A stretch of 48,020 bases of DNA from Candidatus Hydrogenedentota bacterium. GTDB lineage: Bacteria > Hydrogenedentota > Hydrogenedentia > Hydrogenedentales > SLHB01. This document shows, piece after piece, positions 20,797 to 30,725 of the stretch. The DNA lies in assembly GCA_034408725.1 (NCBI GenBank), contig JAWXCN010000007.1:1-48020 (forward strand), in the 5' to 3' direction. How positions within the stretch are numbered: the first letter of the stretch is position 1; every line of letters begins with the position of its first letter. Both the position numbers and the translations under genes were made by a program. The notes under the pieces were generated by a model. It saw only the letters and a list, made by a program, of their open reading frames with translations, was not told the origin of the DNA and made no database searches.

Positions 20797-22629
20797 CTAA
20801 TTGGAAGCGGCTTTTTGCCTCGGCGCATTCCGCCATTTGTCCAGAAAATCGTCGCGCTCGCCCGGTTTGGCCTTGCCGACTGCTTCGATATTTTGCGGCG
20901 CGCCGGTCAATTTGTTCAGCGTGAAAGCAAGCCGCGACGCGACGTACACGTCTGGTTCGTTTGCAATGGCCTGCAACAGCTTCCGTATATCCTTCGTGCC
21001 GGTCGCGCGGGTGAGCGCGTACGCCGCGCGTTGCCGCACTTCGACCGGCGCATCCGAAGCGATAATTTTAAGCGTGGTATCGCGCGTCACCTTTGCCGGG
21101 GCATGTTGTTGCAATGCGCCGATGAGCTTCACGCGTACGCGCGGGTCCTGCGAATTGTCCAGCGCGCGCTTTGCGGCTTCGTCCGCAAGCGACTCCGGCA
21201 TGGCAACTTCCCAGGCGCGCGCGGCCTGATACCGCAGTTCCGGGTCTTCGTCATCGAGATACGGTTTCAGGACCATGATTGATTCCTCGGCGCCGATCAT
21301 GCTGATGGCCCACGCACAGGCCTGCGCATCGGCCATTTCACTATTGTTGAGAATTTCCGTGAGTTTCGGAATCGCCGGCGCATACAGCATCGCGCCAAGC
21401 TGTTGGATCGCGTCAAGGCGTTCGGTGCCGCTCAGCGTGTCCAGCGAGGCAAGCACGGCCTTCGGGACGGCCTCGTCCTTCCACGCAATGTCCCGATCAA
21501 TCTGCTCGAACTGTTTACGCTCTTCGGACCATGCAAACGTGCGCACGTCCATCCGGTCTTTCTTGCATTGATACACCGTATACGTCGGTTTTGAATAGCC
21601 GCTGCCGTTGTCAGAATACGCCGTCCACCATTCGGGGTAGTTCGCGTTGATGTCCCCGCCGTTCACGACATAATGCACGCCGTTGCGGTCGTCGCGTTTG
21701 CCGTCACGCACGGGATAATGGCGCTCGTAAATGTGCGTGTGGCCGGACATGTGGCCGGTGACACTGTGTTTATCGAGCACTTTATGAAAGTATGACATGT
21801 CTTGGCCGGGCTGTTTGCGGTTGTCATTTGGCCCGTGGTAGCCCGTGCAATAGATGGGGAAATGCTGGGCAACGAAGGTATACGGCGACTTGGTTTCGGC
21901 AAGATGTTTGTCCAGCCAGTCCGCGGTCGTACCGATCAGCGCGGGCACGCTCGTCTGCTCCCATGCAAGCGCGACGATATGGACATTGCCCCACGTGAAG
22001 TTTGAATACGGCTCGCCGTTGGGCAGGTCGTGATAATGACCAAACCAGTCGTTCTCCTTGTCCGAGATCATCGAACCCTCATGATTGCCCCGGGCCGTTA
22101 ACAGCATGTGCGTACCGCCAATCGCGTCAAACCGATCAAAATGCGGTTTCCACAGGGAGTAATCGTGTCCCTTCACCACCAAATCGCCGTTAATGAGAAA
22201 GAACTCCGGTTTCCACTGCATCAAGTGGTCTATAAACTTCGTCTCCGCGACCCGATTGTCCCAGCGGCGCGTGTCGCCGAAAACTGCGAACGTCACTTCG
22301 CGGCCCGCGCTCGGCAACGGTGCTGTCCGGAACGTCCGCACCCGCTCCTCGCCGCCCGCGCGCACCCGGTAGTTGTACGCGGTGTCGGGTTGAAGACCCG
22401 TAATCCGCACCTTGCGAATGAGTTGGTCCGGTTCGCTAGTCGCCTTCTGATCGAATGTACCCTCGACCCCATATTCGACGACGCCCTGCCCGTTCTCCGT
22501 CGTCTGATAAATGACCGTCACTCCGTCGGGAGTCACATTTTGGAGAAACGGATAGATGTAAAAGTCTTCCGCGAACACTGGCGCGCACAATGCGCCGCAT
22601 AGAAGCATGGACAACAATTTCCGATCCAT
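20797..22629 (-). CDS. Secreted metallophosphoesterase (FN3/PAP-N + calcineurin-like) with C-terminal HEAT repeats
   Basis: Signal peptide; ITGLQPDTAYNYRV; GDTR, NGDLV, GNHE, SGHTHIYER; HEAT-like LDDEDPELRYQAARA. Confidence 0.85.
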   Translation of the reverse strand: MDRKLLSMLLCGALCAPVFAEDFYIYPFLQNVTPDGVTVIYQTTENGQGVVEYGVEGTFDQKATSEPDQLIRKVRITGLQPDTAYNYRVRAGGEERVRTFRTAPLPSAGREVTFAVFGDTRRWDNRVAETKFIDHLMQWKPEFFLINGDLVVKGHDYSLWKPHFDRFDAIGGTHMLLTARGNHEGSMISDKENDWFGHYHDLPNGEPYSNFTWGNVHIVALAWEQTSVPALIGTTADWLDKHLAETKSPYTFVAQHFPIYCTGYHGPNDNRKQPGQDMSYFHKVLDKHSVTGHMSGHTHIYERHYPVRDGKRDDRNGVHYVVNGGDINANYPEWWTAYSDNGSGYSKPTYTVYQCKKDRMDVRTFAWSEERKQFEQIDRDIAWKDEAVPKAVLASLDTLSGTERLDAIQQLGAMLYAPAIPKLTEILNNSEMADAQACAWAISMIGAEESIMVLKPYLDDEDPELRYQAARAWEVAMPESLADEAAKRALDNSQDPRVRVKLIGALQQHAPAKVTRDTTLKIIASDAPVEVRQRAAYALTRATGTKDIRKLLQAIANEPDVYVASRLAFTLNKLTGAPQNIEAVGKAKPGERDDFLDKWRNAPRQKAASN

Positions 22630-22834
22630 CGAAGCATACTCCCAAGTTTTGCCCAATAGTTGCACCCGCAAATTGGCTTTAACCATTAATTCACTGAACA
22701 AATTTAAAGATTGAGGTTGCCATACCATGGGGCGAGATGCAATTCCTTCGCGATGTTACGGCCTTTTCCATTGAGATGGGAAACGCACATGCTGGTACAA
22801 TCCAAATGTTCGGTAACACATAGGAGGTTTCGCC

Positions 22835-23929
22835 ATGGTGTTCGTGAATCGGGTTTCCGTTGCGCTCATTAGTGTATTTGCGGTATCGGGGGTTGCCGCG
22901 CACGCAGAAAATATCATCTACGGCCCTCTTTCCGGGCATCCCGAGGCGGTTGAATCTTCCGCGAGCGGCGCGAAGGGACAATCGGCGCTTTTCAGCGCGA
23001 GTGTTTTGTCGATCACGCCTCCAACGCTTCCCGAAGGCGCCAGCGCTTACTTGCCCAACGGGAGTTTTGTCGTTTCGGTGGACGATTTGACGGGCTGCGG
23101 CGCATTGTTTGATCTGACCATCACGTCCGCCCCATTCAGCATCATCACCGGTTCCTCTCGTGTCAGTCCGGTCACGAGTCTTGGTTTTTCCGAAGGCGAT
23201 TTCGAATTCACGGACGCCAATCCCGGCGCGTACACCATCGAGATTGTGCAACACAATCCGTGCAACCCCGACGTTTTCGAGTCTCAGTTCGTCGAGTTGG
23301 TGGTGCCAAACGGGACCGCGCCGGCGATCACGCTCTCGGCGACCGTTATTCCCGCGAGCCTGCCCAGTGCCGATGCTGGTTTCACACCCGATGGCACAGT
23401 GACGGTCTCCGTTGGCGATGCAACTGGATGTGTAGGGAGTTACAACGTCCAGTACATTAGTGGTCCTTTCGCGCCGTCAGTGACGGCGTACCTCGGTTTT
23501 CCCGCGGGCGACCTTTTATTTGACGGCATTGGTCCAGGTACTTACCTGTTCCGGGTGACGGAAATTGGCTCTTGCACGCTCCAAACGGATCCCAGCGACA
23601 TCACGGTCATCGTGCCTGATGTCCTCGTTGGCGCCATCACGGTATTGAAGCCGAACGGCGGCGAGAAATGGAAAGCGGGCAGCAATAAAGACATCACCTG
23701 GACCACGTCGGGTATTGTCGGGATTGGCATTCGCATCGAACTCCTGCGCAACGGCGAGCTCCAACAAGTGATCAAGGCAAGCACGCCAAATGACGGATTG
23801 TTCAAATGGAAGCTTCCCAATGATCTGAATCCGGCCAAAGGTTACGTCGTGCGAATTTCGTCCGTCACCGATCCTGCAATTGTGGATTTCAGCGATGCAT
23901 CCTTCCGCGTGAAACCGCAGGGTAAATAG
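22835..23929 (+). CDS. Secreted protein with two internal beta-rich repeats and a C-terminal Kre9/Ser-Thr-rich-like Ig domain
   Basis: Signal peptide ending AAHA; C-terminal ITVLKPNGGEKW..G....ITW...NDG.F.W...Y.VRI....D.SDA.F. Confidence 0.75.
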   Translation: MVFVNRVSVALISVFAVSGVAAHAENIIYGPLSGHPEAVESSASGAKGQSALFSASVLSITPPTLPEGASAYLPNGSFVVSVDDLTGCGALFDLTITSAPFSIITGSSRVSPVTSLGFSEGDFEFTDANPGAYTIEIVQHNPCNPDVFESQFVELVVPNGTAPAITLSATVIPASLPSADAGFTPDGTVTVSVGDATGCVGSYNVQYISGPFAPSVTAYLGFPAGDLLFDGIGPGTYLFRVTEIGSCTLQTDPSDITVIVPDVLVGAITVLKPNGGEKWKAGSNKDITWTTSGIVGIGIRIELLRNGELQQVIKASTPNDGLFKWKLPNDLNPAKGYVVRISSVTDPAIVDFSDASFRVKPQGK

Positions 23930-24026
23930 TAAAGACTCAGATCACCGGGGGACTATCGCCGATCGCGCAGGGACTGTCACCGGCATCGCGTTCTGGATGC
24001 CGGTGGCTGTCCCCTCCACTGCTTAC

Positions 24027-26081
24027 TTACAAACTATTAATTATTTCCTGCGCTGCCGCGATCAACTGTGCGGCCTGTTCCGCCGTCAGCTTGTTTTCGG
24101 CGCGTGCGCCTGCTTTTTTAATGAATTGTTCGAGCTGTTTCTCGCAACCCGCGATATTACCGCGTTCCCATTGCGCGAGTGCGTTTTTCAATTTCGCCAT
24201 TAAGCTTTGTTTCACGCCCCGTTGCAGCGGCATCCCTTCGAGCAGCGCCATCAGGTCTTCAATCGTTTCTGATTCGGGCGGTTCCACGGCGGTGATCACC
24301 ACCGTATCCGCCGCACTGCTCGCCTGGCCGTCATTGACAATCAGACTAAACGTATAGTCTCCAGCAGTATTGGCAGTGAACGATGGCGTAGCTGTGTCGG
24401 CGCCTTGCAGGACCACTGCCGGCCCGTCCACCTGCGTCCATGCATAAGTCAAAGCCGCGGGCCCATTATCGGGGTCATTGCTGCCGCTGCCATCAAGTAC
24501 GGCCACGTCGCCAACGTCAACCGTAGAATCTGGTCCCGCGTTCGCGAGCGGAGGCTGGTTCTGAGGGCCGGCCGTCGAGATTTGATCGGTATAATAATCG
24601 AGATCGGCAAGGTTGGTGCTGTTATCTGCCCATACGGGGTGCACTACATCGTCGTGATAGGCAGCACCGATGTATTCGAGGAAATTGTTTGTCGTTCGGT
24701 TCGGGTTGTTTGTGGATTGATCCGATGGCGCGTCCGACACCACTGTTTCAAAACCAAAGGTATCCGCGCCATCGTCGCTGGAAGCGATAAACGCCTCGAC
24801 CTGCTGGTTGTTCACGTCGTTGCGCGCGTCGTACCAAACAACCCCAACCTTACCCGTGACCTGGTCGACATCGAGCCACGGCAAAAACTGGCTGTTCGAG
24901 TCGGTTGTCACGGCAACAGGCGTCGACCATGACGTGCCGTCGTCGTTGGAATACCGCACTAACACGTCGGTGTCGGGCATCACGCTTCCCAAGTCAACAT
25001 ACGTGATATAGACACGTCCGTTAAACGGCCCTCCGCTGCGATCGACATCTATCGTCGGTCCGGCGTGCATTCCACGGTCCGGCTGCGCGGGAATTAATTC
25101 TTTAAACCCTATAAAGGATGGTCCGCCGGAATCGAACCCCGCGTCCAACGTTGTCACGAGATGGTCTGTACCCCATGTGAATCCCCCGTCCGTTGATACG
25201 TCCGACCAGATTTCCCCCGTCTCGACATCGTGCCAGGTTACATACACCTCGCCGTTCGGACCCACCGCAGGATCGGCAAATAAGTTGCCAGTGCTGTTCA
25301 ACGCGCCCAGGGAATCGTCATTGACGATCAGGCTGGTAATGAAAGTTTCGCCATTGTCATGGGATGGGATCAACACGATGCGCTGGTCGAGTCCGCCGGG
25401 GTCGTCGAGGTTTGCGGTTAGCGCAATGTACACGTTTTGTTGACCGGGATCAGTGGGGTCCGGCCCCGTAGCAAGGTGCCATTTGTCACTTCCTGGTAAC
25501 GACGTTCCCGCGGGATCATCAGGCGCCACACTGGCTGTCGCGAAATGCGTATAGCTTTGGCCGCCATCGGTGCTTCTCGCCACAATCAGCGCCGTATCCG
25601 TGAACGGCCCAGAGGCAATTGTCGCGCCGTATGCAACAAATACATTTCCGGTGTCGTCGAAAGCAATTGAAGGATCGAACCGGAACGTGCTGGTCCGTCC
25701 GTCCTCCGCGTCGCCAAGCTCCACTCGAGTCCAGGTCGCGCCGCCATCCAGCGTGAAAAACGTGTTCAGCGTCGCAAACGTCGGTGAATGGCCTGCTATT
25801 ACCAGGTTATTGGGATTCGTAGGGTTGATGTCAATGCTTACTTCGCTTTCGTTTCCTGCAAGCACGCTGACATTCACGTCCGGGCCTGCCGCTATCTTTG
25901 CGCCCGCTACGGACTTTGCGGCGGTTCCATGTGGAATGAGTATCTTGTTCAGGTCAACAGGATCGGGCAATGTCGTTACCGCGGTCGAGTAGTCTGCGGC
26001 GCCGGAAGCAGCCGCGAGAAAAGCAAAAGTTGCGACTGCGCATAATGGCTTGAGAAAGAGATGGTCGAGCTTCGTTTTCAT
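24027..26081 (-). CDS. Secreted sialidase-like BNR/Asp-box beta-propeller protein with PKD domain and C-terminal FIMAH-like helical domain
   Basis: Asp-boxes TLDGGATW, STDGGQSY, SHDNGETF, STDGGFTW, SNDDGTSW, SDDGADTF; PKD NQPPLANAGPD...LDGSGS.DPD...YAWTQVDGP. Confidence 0.85.
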   Translation of the reverse strand: MKTKLDHLFLKPLCAVATFAFLAAASGAADYSTAVTTLPDPVDLNKILIPHGTAAKSVAGAKIAAGPDVNVSVLAGNESEVSIDINPTNPNNLVIAGHSPTFATLNTFFTLDGGATWTRVELGDAEDGRTSTFRFDPSIAFDDTGNVFVAYGATIASGPFTDTALIVARSTDGGQSYTHFATASVAPDDPAGTSLPGSDKWHLATGPDPTDPGQQNVYIALTANLDDPGGLDQRIVLIPSHDNGETFITSLIVNDDSLGALNSTGNLFADPAVGPNGEVYVTWHDVETGEIWSDVSTDGGFTWGTDHLVTTLDAGFDSGGPSFIGFKELIPAQPDRGMHAGPTIDVDRSGGPFNGRVYITYVDLGSVMPDTDVLVRYSNDDGTSWSTPVAVTTDSNSQFLPWLDVDQVTGKVGVVWYDARNDVNNQQVEAFIASSDDGADTFGFETVVSDAPSDQSTNNPNRTTNNFLEYIGAAYHDDVVHPVWADNSTNLADLDYYTDQISTAGPQNQPPLANAGPDSTVDVGDVAVLDGSGSNDPDNGPAALTYAWTQVDGPAVVLQGADTATPSFTANTAGDYTFSLIVNDGQASSAADTVVITAVEPPESETIEDLMALLEGMPLQRGVKQSLMAKLKNALAQWERGNIAGCEKQLEQFIKKAGARAENKLTAEQAAQLIAAAQEIINSL

Positions 26082-26351
26082 GACTGAGTTCCCCTGTTGT
26101 TAAGGATCTGGCCAAAAAAGGACAACTCCCCCTCGGGGCTGACGGGGCGTTCAACAAATGCGGGCAAACGCCACGGAGCAGCGGGTGTGGAAGAAATCGC
26201 AGCCCTTCTTCCGACGGACTCCATAGTGACACAAAACGCAAAAACCGGCAATGGAAAACATGTAGGTGTTCCGTGAATCCCTTCTCGCTATTTAGAGTCG
26301 GAAAATGGCACAATCGCGCCTTCCCAGCACTGTACTTGGAGCATTTTTTAT

Positions 26352-28262
26352 ATGATCACGGTCACTCTTCCCGACGGTTCGGCGCGACCTCTTGCGCCTG
26401 GCAGCACGGCATTTGATTTGGCGGCATCGATTGGCCAGCGGCTTGCCAAAGACGCTACCGGCGCGCGCATTAACGGAGAGGTAAAAGGTCTGCCAACACC
26501 GTTGAACGACGGTGACACAGTTGAAATTCTAACGTTTGACTCGCGCGCGGGACAGGATGTGCTGCGCCACAGCGCCGCGCACGTCATGGCGACGGCGATT
26601 ATGCGGCTGCGGCCCAACACGAAACTGGCCATTGGCCCCGCCATTGAAGATGGATTTTATTACGATATGGAGGTGGATTCGCCAATCACCGAGGAAGAGT
26701 TCGCCAAAATCGAGGCGGAGATGGCGAAGATCGTTCAGGAAGACCAACCGTTTCATCGGATAGACGTGAAACGCGAAGAAGCGTTAAAACGCTTTAGGGA
26801 CGTGGGCGACACGTACAAGGTCGAAATCATCGAAGACCTGCCCGCGGACGCGCCCATCACCTATTACCAAAATGGCGAGTTCGTCGATCTCTGCCGGGGT
26901 CCGCACCTGCCTTCGACGGGCCGGATCAAAGCATTCAAGCTGCTTAGCGTCGCGGGCGCATATTGGCGCGGCGACGAAAAGCGGCAGATGCTCCAGCGCA
27001 TCTATGGCACGGCGTTTCCCGTGAAGAAACAGCTCGACGAGTATCTTGCGTTTCGCGCGGAAGCGGAAAAACGCGATCACCGGAAGCTGGGCCGGCAACT
27101 CGATCTGTTCAGCTTCCAGCCCTATGGTCCCGGCTTCCCGTTTTTTCATCCGAACGGAATGGTCGTGCTGAACGCACTCATGGAGTTTTGGCGCGTGGAA
27201 CATGTCAAACGCGGCTATTCCGAAATCCGCACGCCCATGATTCTCGATAAAGTGCTGTGGGAAAAATCCGGCCACTGGGACCACTACAAAGAGAACATGT
27301 ACTTCACGCAGATCGACGAGCGCGAGTTTGCCGTGAAGCCGATGAACTGTCCCGGCAGCATGCTTGTGTTCAAGACAGACCTGCGCAGCTACCGCGACCT
27401 GCCCATGCGCCTCGCGGAAGTGGGCACCGTGCACCGCCACGAAAAATCCGGCGTCCTCCACGGCCTTACGCGCGTGCGCATGTTCACGCAGGACGACGCG
27501 CACCTGTTCCTCACGCCGGACCAGATTCAGGATGAAGTGCTCGCCATCATTGATTTTGTCGATCACGTTTACACGTCGTTCGGTTTTGAATATGTCGTCG
27601 AACTCAGCACGCGCCCCGAAAAGGCCATCGGCTCAGACGAAGTGTGGGAGAAGGCGACCAACGCTTTGCGCAACGCCCTTGACGCGAAGGGCTTGCCCTA
27701 CAAGATCAATCCTGGCGACGGGGCGTTCTACGGACCGAAGATTGATTTCCAAATTCGCGATAGTCTGAAACGCTCGTGGCAGTGCGCCACGATTCAACTC
27801 GACTTTTCGATGCCGGAAAAGTTCGACCTCGAATACATCGGCCCGGACGGAAATCCGCACCGGCCCGTTGTGATTCATCGCGTTATCTACGGAAGCATCG
27901 AGCGGTTCCTCGGAATTCTCATCGAACACTTCGCCGGCGCGTTCCCGCTCTGGCTCGCGCCGGTGCAGGCGATTGTCGTGCCCGTCGCCGACGCATTCGA
28001 CAACTATGCGAGGTTCGTGCGGGACCGGTTGCAGGAACTCGGTCTCCGCGCGGAAGCCGATCTCCGGCCCGACACGATGAAATACAAAATCCGCGAAGCC
28101 CAGACACGGCAGATTCCGTACATGCTGGTCGTAGGCGAACGCGAACAAAACAGCAAGTCCGTTGCCATCCGACACCGGCGAAAAGGCGACCTCGGCGCGC
28201 AAACGCTCGATGCCCTCGTAGCGAAACTGAAAGAAGAAGTTGTGACACGAGCGTTGGATTGA
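26352..28262 (+). CDS. thrS: Threonine--tRNA ligase
   Basis: TGS domain, RHSAAH, DLCRGPH, KRDHRKLG, KPMNCP, GAFYGPKID. Confidence 0.99.
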   Translation: MITVTLPDGSARPLAPGSTAFDLAASIGQRLAKDATGARINGEVKGLPTPLNDGDTVEILTFDSRAGQDVLRHSAAHVMATAIMRLRPNTKLAIGPAIEDGFYYDMEVDSPITEEEFAKIEAEMAKIVQEDQPFHRIDVKREEALKRFRDVGDTYKVEIIEDLPADAPITYYQNGEFVDLCRGPHLPSTGRIKAFKLLSVAGAYWRGDEKRQMLQRIYGTAFPVKKQLDEYLAFRAEAEKRDHRKLGRQLDLFSFQPYGPGFPFFHPNGMVVLNALMEFWRVEHVKRGYSEIRTPMILDKVLWEKSGHWDHYKENMYFTQIDEREFAVKPMNCPGSMLVFKTDLRSYRDLPMRLAEVGTVHRHEKSGVLHGLTRVRMFTQDDAHLFLTPDQIQDEVLAIIDFVDHVYTSFGFEYVVELSTRPEKAIGSDEVWEKATNALRNALDAKGLPYKINPGDGAFYGPKIDFQIRDSLKRSWQCATIQLDFSMPEKFDLEYIGPDGNPHRPVVIHRVIYGSIERFLGILIEHFAGAFPLWLAPVQAIVVPVADAFDNYARFVRDRLQELGLRAEADLRPDTMKYKIREAQTRQIPYMLVVGEREQNSKSVAIRHRRKGDLGAQTLDALVAKLKEEVVTRALD

Positions 28263-28279
28263 TATTTTGCGCCGGATCG

Positions 28280-28387
28280 TGTCCACAGATGAACACAGAT
28301 TCAAGAAAATTCAATTAATCATTTTTTGAAGTGGCTCGCAGTTCCCTATTCATTCTTTTCCGTGAAAATCTGGGGAATCTGTGGACA
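28280..28387. repeat. Imperfect long inverted repeat (cacagatgaacacagat type) downstream of thrS
   Basis: tgtccacagatgaacacagatt (28280-28301) pairs with aatctggggaatctgtggaca (28367-28387) around an AT-rich spacer. Confidence 0.5.
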
Positions 28388-28410
28388 GGCTTCCTCTCTT
28401 CAACCCCCCA

Positions 28411-28439
28411 CTGGCAAAACGGCGAAAACCGTGTATACT
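28411..28439 (+). promoter_or_regulatory. Putative sigma70 promoter (extended -10)
   Basis: CTGGCA-17 nt-TATACT, with gtg immediately before the -10 hexamer. Confidence 0.4.
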
Positions 28440-28542
28440 GAATTCCTTGGGGCTGATTGCCGCCAAGGGGCGCGTGCTATGGGGAGCGCGGCCTGCGTGT
28501 CCGTGTGGGTAAAACGAACATGTAGGTAAGGAGGGTGTGCCT

Positions 28543-28893
28543 ATGGGTTTGTCTGGAACAGGGTCTGTCTGCGTCAATCATCCCGGGGTGGAATCTGTCG
28601 GGCGGTGCAAGCAATGCGGCAAGCCGTTCTGCAACGCGTGCAAAGTTCAGGGGCCCACGGGGTACTTCTGCAGCGCTGAGTGCAAGCAGAAGCACGAGAC
28701 ATTTGTGAAGCGCGCGCAAGAACTCGATGTGAAAAAACGCGGGATCGGCGTGGGGTATTTTCTAGGGCGCATCATGGGCTTGGCTGTTGCGCTTCTCGTC
28801 ATAGCAATCATCTTAGGCGTGGTTGGCACAATATTTCAGGTGCCCGTGTTGTCGGACCTAGTCGTGAACGTCCGAAACACCATTGGCATCTAG
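28543..28893 (+). CDS. B-box-type zinc-finger membrane protein
   Basis: CVNHP.....GRCKQCGKPFCNAC.......FCSAEC followed by a TM helix; RBS aggagg. Confidence 0.8.
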   Translation: MGLSGTGSVCVNHPGVESVGRCKQCGKPFCNACKVQGPTGYFCSAECKQKHETFVKRAQELDVKKRGIGVGYFLGRIMGLAVALLVIAIILGVVGTIFQVPVLSDLVVNVRNTIGI

Positions 28894-28905
28894 GAGGAGG
28901 GGATC

Positions 28906-29358
28906 ATGGATTTAAGTCGTCTAAAATGGCCGTTGATTATTATCGTCATTGTCGGAATCGGCTGGCTAATTACCGATCCCGGCGTCAACTGGTTGCGCGC
29001 AAAGTTCAATGAGGGAACGCCCGGTGAAAGCGCGGAACAGGACATCGCAAATGAATCCGGTCTCAGCAACCTCGCGGGATTCCTCATCAAGACCTTCCGC
29101 TATGCGTCCGCCGAGGCCGTACTGAACGATGCGATGACGCGGTATCCGGCTGGAAAAAACTATCTCAACAATTACTACCGCATGGCGAAGTGTGTCGAAA
29201 AGCAGGGGCGTTACGACAAGTGCGTGGACATTCTCTGTGAACTGCGCGATTTGGAAGCCAATGCGACAGACCCTCGCGTGCCGGCACGCGAGGTGCTGCA
29301 GTTGCGAATTGACAAACTGCTCGAGACGCACGAGCTCGGCGAGATTGGTTCCCGGTAG
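28906..29358 (+). CDS. Membrane-anchored TPR-like hypothetical protein
   Basis: N-terminal TM helix; YASAEAVL....TRYP and YYRMAKCVEKQGRYDKC; RBS aggagg. Confidence 0.7.
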   Translation: MDLSRLKWPLIIIVIVGIGWLITDPGVNWLRAKFNEGTPGESAEQDIANESGLSNLAGFLIKTFRYASAEAVLNDAMTRYPAGKNYLNNYYRMAKCVEKQGRYDKCVDILCELRDLEANATDPRVPAREVLQLRIDKLLETHELGEIGSR

Positions 29359-29379
29359 CGCGCATAAGGCAGTACGGCA

Positions 29380-30102
29380 TTGCGCGATCGGGTAGTTGGC
29401 CGGATTCCAGTCCTTGAATGCCTGCGCGCCGGAAAACGGACGGCGCGCAGGCTTTTTGTCATGCGCGGCGCGCAGGGCATCGACGACGTGCGCGCGGCAG
29501 CACAGGGAATCCCTATTGAAGAGACGGACCGCAACCGGCTTGATCAACTCTCCGGTGGCGTCGTTCACCAGGGCGTCGTGCTCGAAGCGGATGCGCTCCC
29601 TTTGCTTGATGCCGCACTCTGGGCGCGCGGCGCGTTCCCTGACCAGGCGGTCGTTGTTATTCTCGACGGCGTCGAAGACCCCCACAATTTTGGCGCAATC
29701 GTGCGGTCAGCCGCGGCTTGCGGCGCTTGCGCCGTGTTGTTCGGAAAGGACCGATCCGCGCCGATTTCCGCCGCCGCCATGAAAAGCGCCGCCGGCGCGA
29801 TGGAATACATCGATCTTGTTCAAGCAACGAACGTCTCGCGCGCGATTGATGATCTCAAGAAAGTAGGATTCTGGATTGCGGGACTTGATGCCGAGGCCGA
29901 CAAATCTATCTGGGAAGCCGATCTCAAAGGGCGCATTGGCCTCGTTATCGGCAGCGAAGGAAAAGGGATACGCCGGCTCGTGCGCGAGCATTGCGACTTC
30001 CACTTGCGGATACCGCTCAGCGGCCCGATCACTTCGCTCAACGCATCCGTGAGCGCGGCAATCGCCATCGCGGAGTGCATGCGACAGCGGCAGCAAGGCT
30101 AA
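29380..30102 (+). CDS. rlmB: 23S rRNA (guanosine-2251-2'-O)-methyltransferase, SPOUT family
   Basis: HQGVV, LDGVEDPHNFGAIVRSA, IGSEGKG, SLNASV. Confidence 0.92.
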   Translation: MRDRVVGRIPVLECLRAGKRTARRLFVMRGAQGIDDVRAAAQGIPIEETDRNRLDQLSGGVVHQGVVLEADALPLLDAALWARGAFPDQAVVVILDGVEDPHNFGAIVRSAAACGACAVLFGKDRSAPISAAAMKSAAGAMEYIDLVQATNVSRAIDDLKKVGFWIAGLDAEADKSIWEADLKGRIGLVIGSEGKGIRRLVREHCDFHLRIPLSGPITSLNASVSAAIAIAECMRQRQQG

Positions 30103-30149
30103 CTACGTTCGCGCACACCAACGCAGATGGATTAAAATAATTTTAAGGC

Positions 30150-30725
30150 ATGGACGAGGAGTGCCCTAGGATGAAGTCTCGCTTACCAGTTCACATAGAA
30201 TTGCAGTTGTCCCTATCCGTACGTGAGGCGCTCGCATGTCTGAGGTCTTCCTTGCCGACACCTACGGAGTTCGAGTTCAGGGGTGGTCATCTACACTCAA
30301 AGTTTTGTGGAAAAATTAGTAAAAATTCATTCTTTGCCTACCGCAAGGCGCACTGGATGCGCAATGATTTCGTTCCCACGTTGAGGGGTAAATTCACGCC
30401 TACCCGAACGGGTTGCACACTGACTGCAACCATCGACAAAGACTTGTTTTTGAAGGTCTTCCCGGCGATATTCGTCGTAGCGGTTATTGCTCTCTTCGGA
30501 GTTATTGCGCCGGTGCGTCAGCTCCAATCCGGAATCGAAACGAATCTTGTATCGTTCGTACTGTTTCCATTAGCGGGAGTTTTTATGGCTGTTTTCGGTA
30601 GTCTCATTATGTACGCAATGTTCAAACGGATGGAGCCGGTTGCCGATGAGACATCGGAATGGATGACGGGGTTGTATTCCGACAGGATATTGACGCGCCA
30701 AGACTCTGCAAATACACCTGAATGA
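30150..30725 (+). CDS. Hypothetical membrane protein with two TM helices
   Basis: ORF with two hydrophobic segments, overlapping the next gene by 4 nt; visibly lower GC. Start could be 30171. Confidence 0.6.
   Translation: MDEECPRMKSRLPVHIELQLSLSVREALACLRSSLPTPTEFEFRGGHLHSKFCGKISKNSFFAYRKAHWMRNDFVPTLRGKFTPTRTGCTLTATIDKDLFLKVFPAIFVVAVIALFGVIAPVRQLQSGIETNLVSFVLFPLAGVFMAVFGSLIMYAMFKRMEPVADETSEWMTGLYSDRILTRQDSANTPE

Noticed and set aside
26160-26250. c-di-GMP-I riboswitch-like GGGCAAAC...ACGCAAA
   Set aside because: The GAAA tetraloop stem and the spacing do not match, and the orientation points toward thrS.
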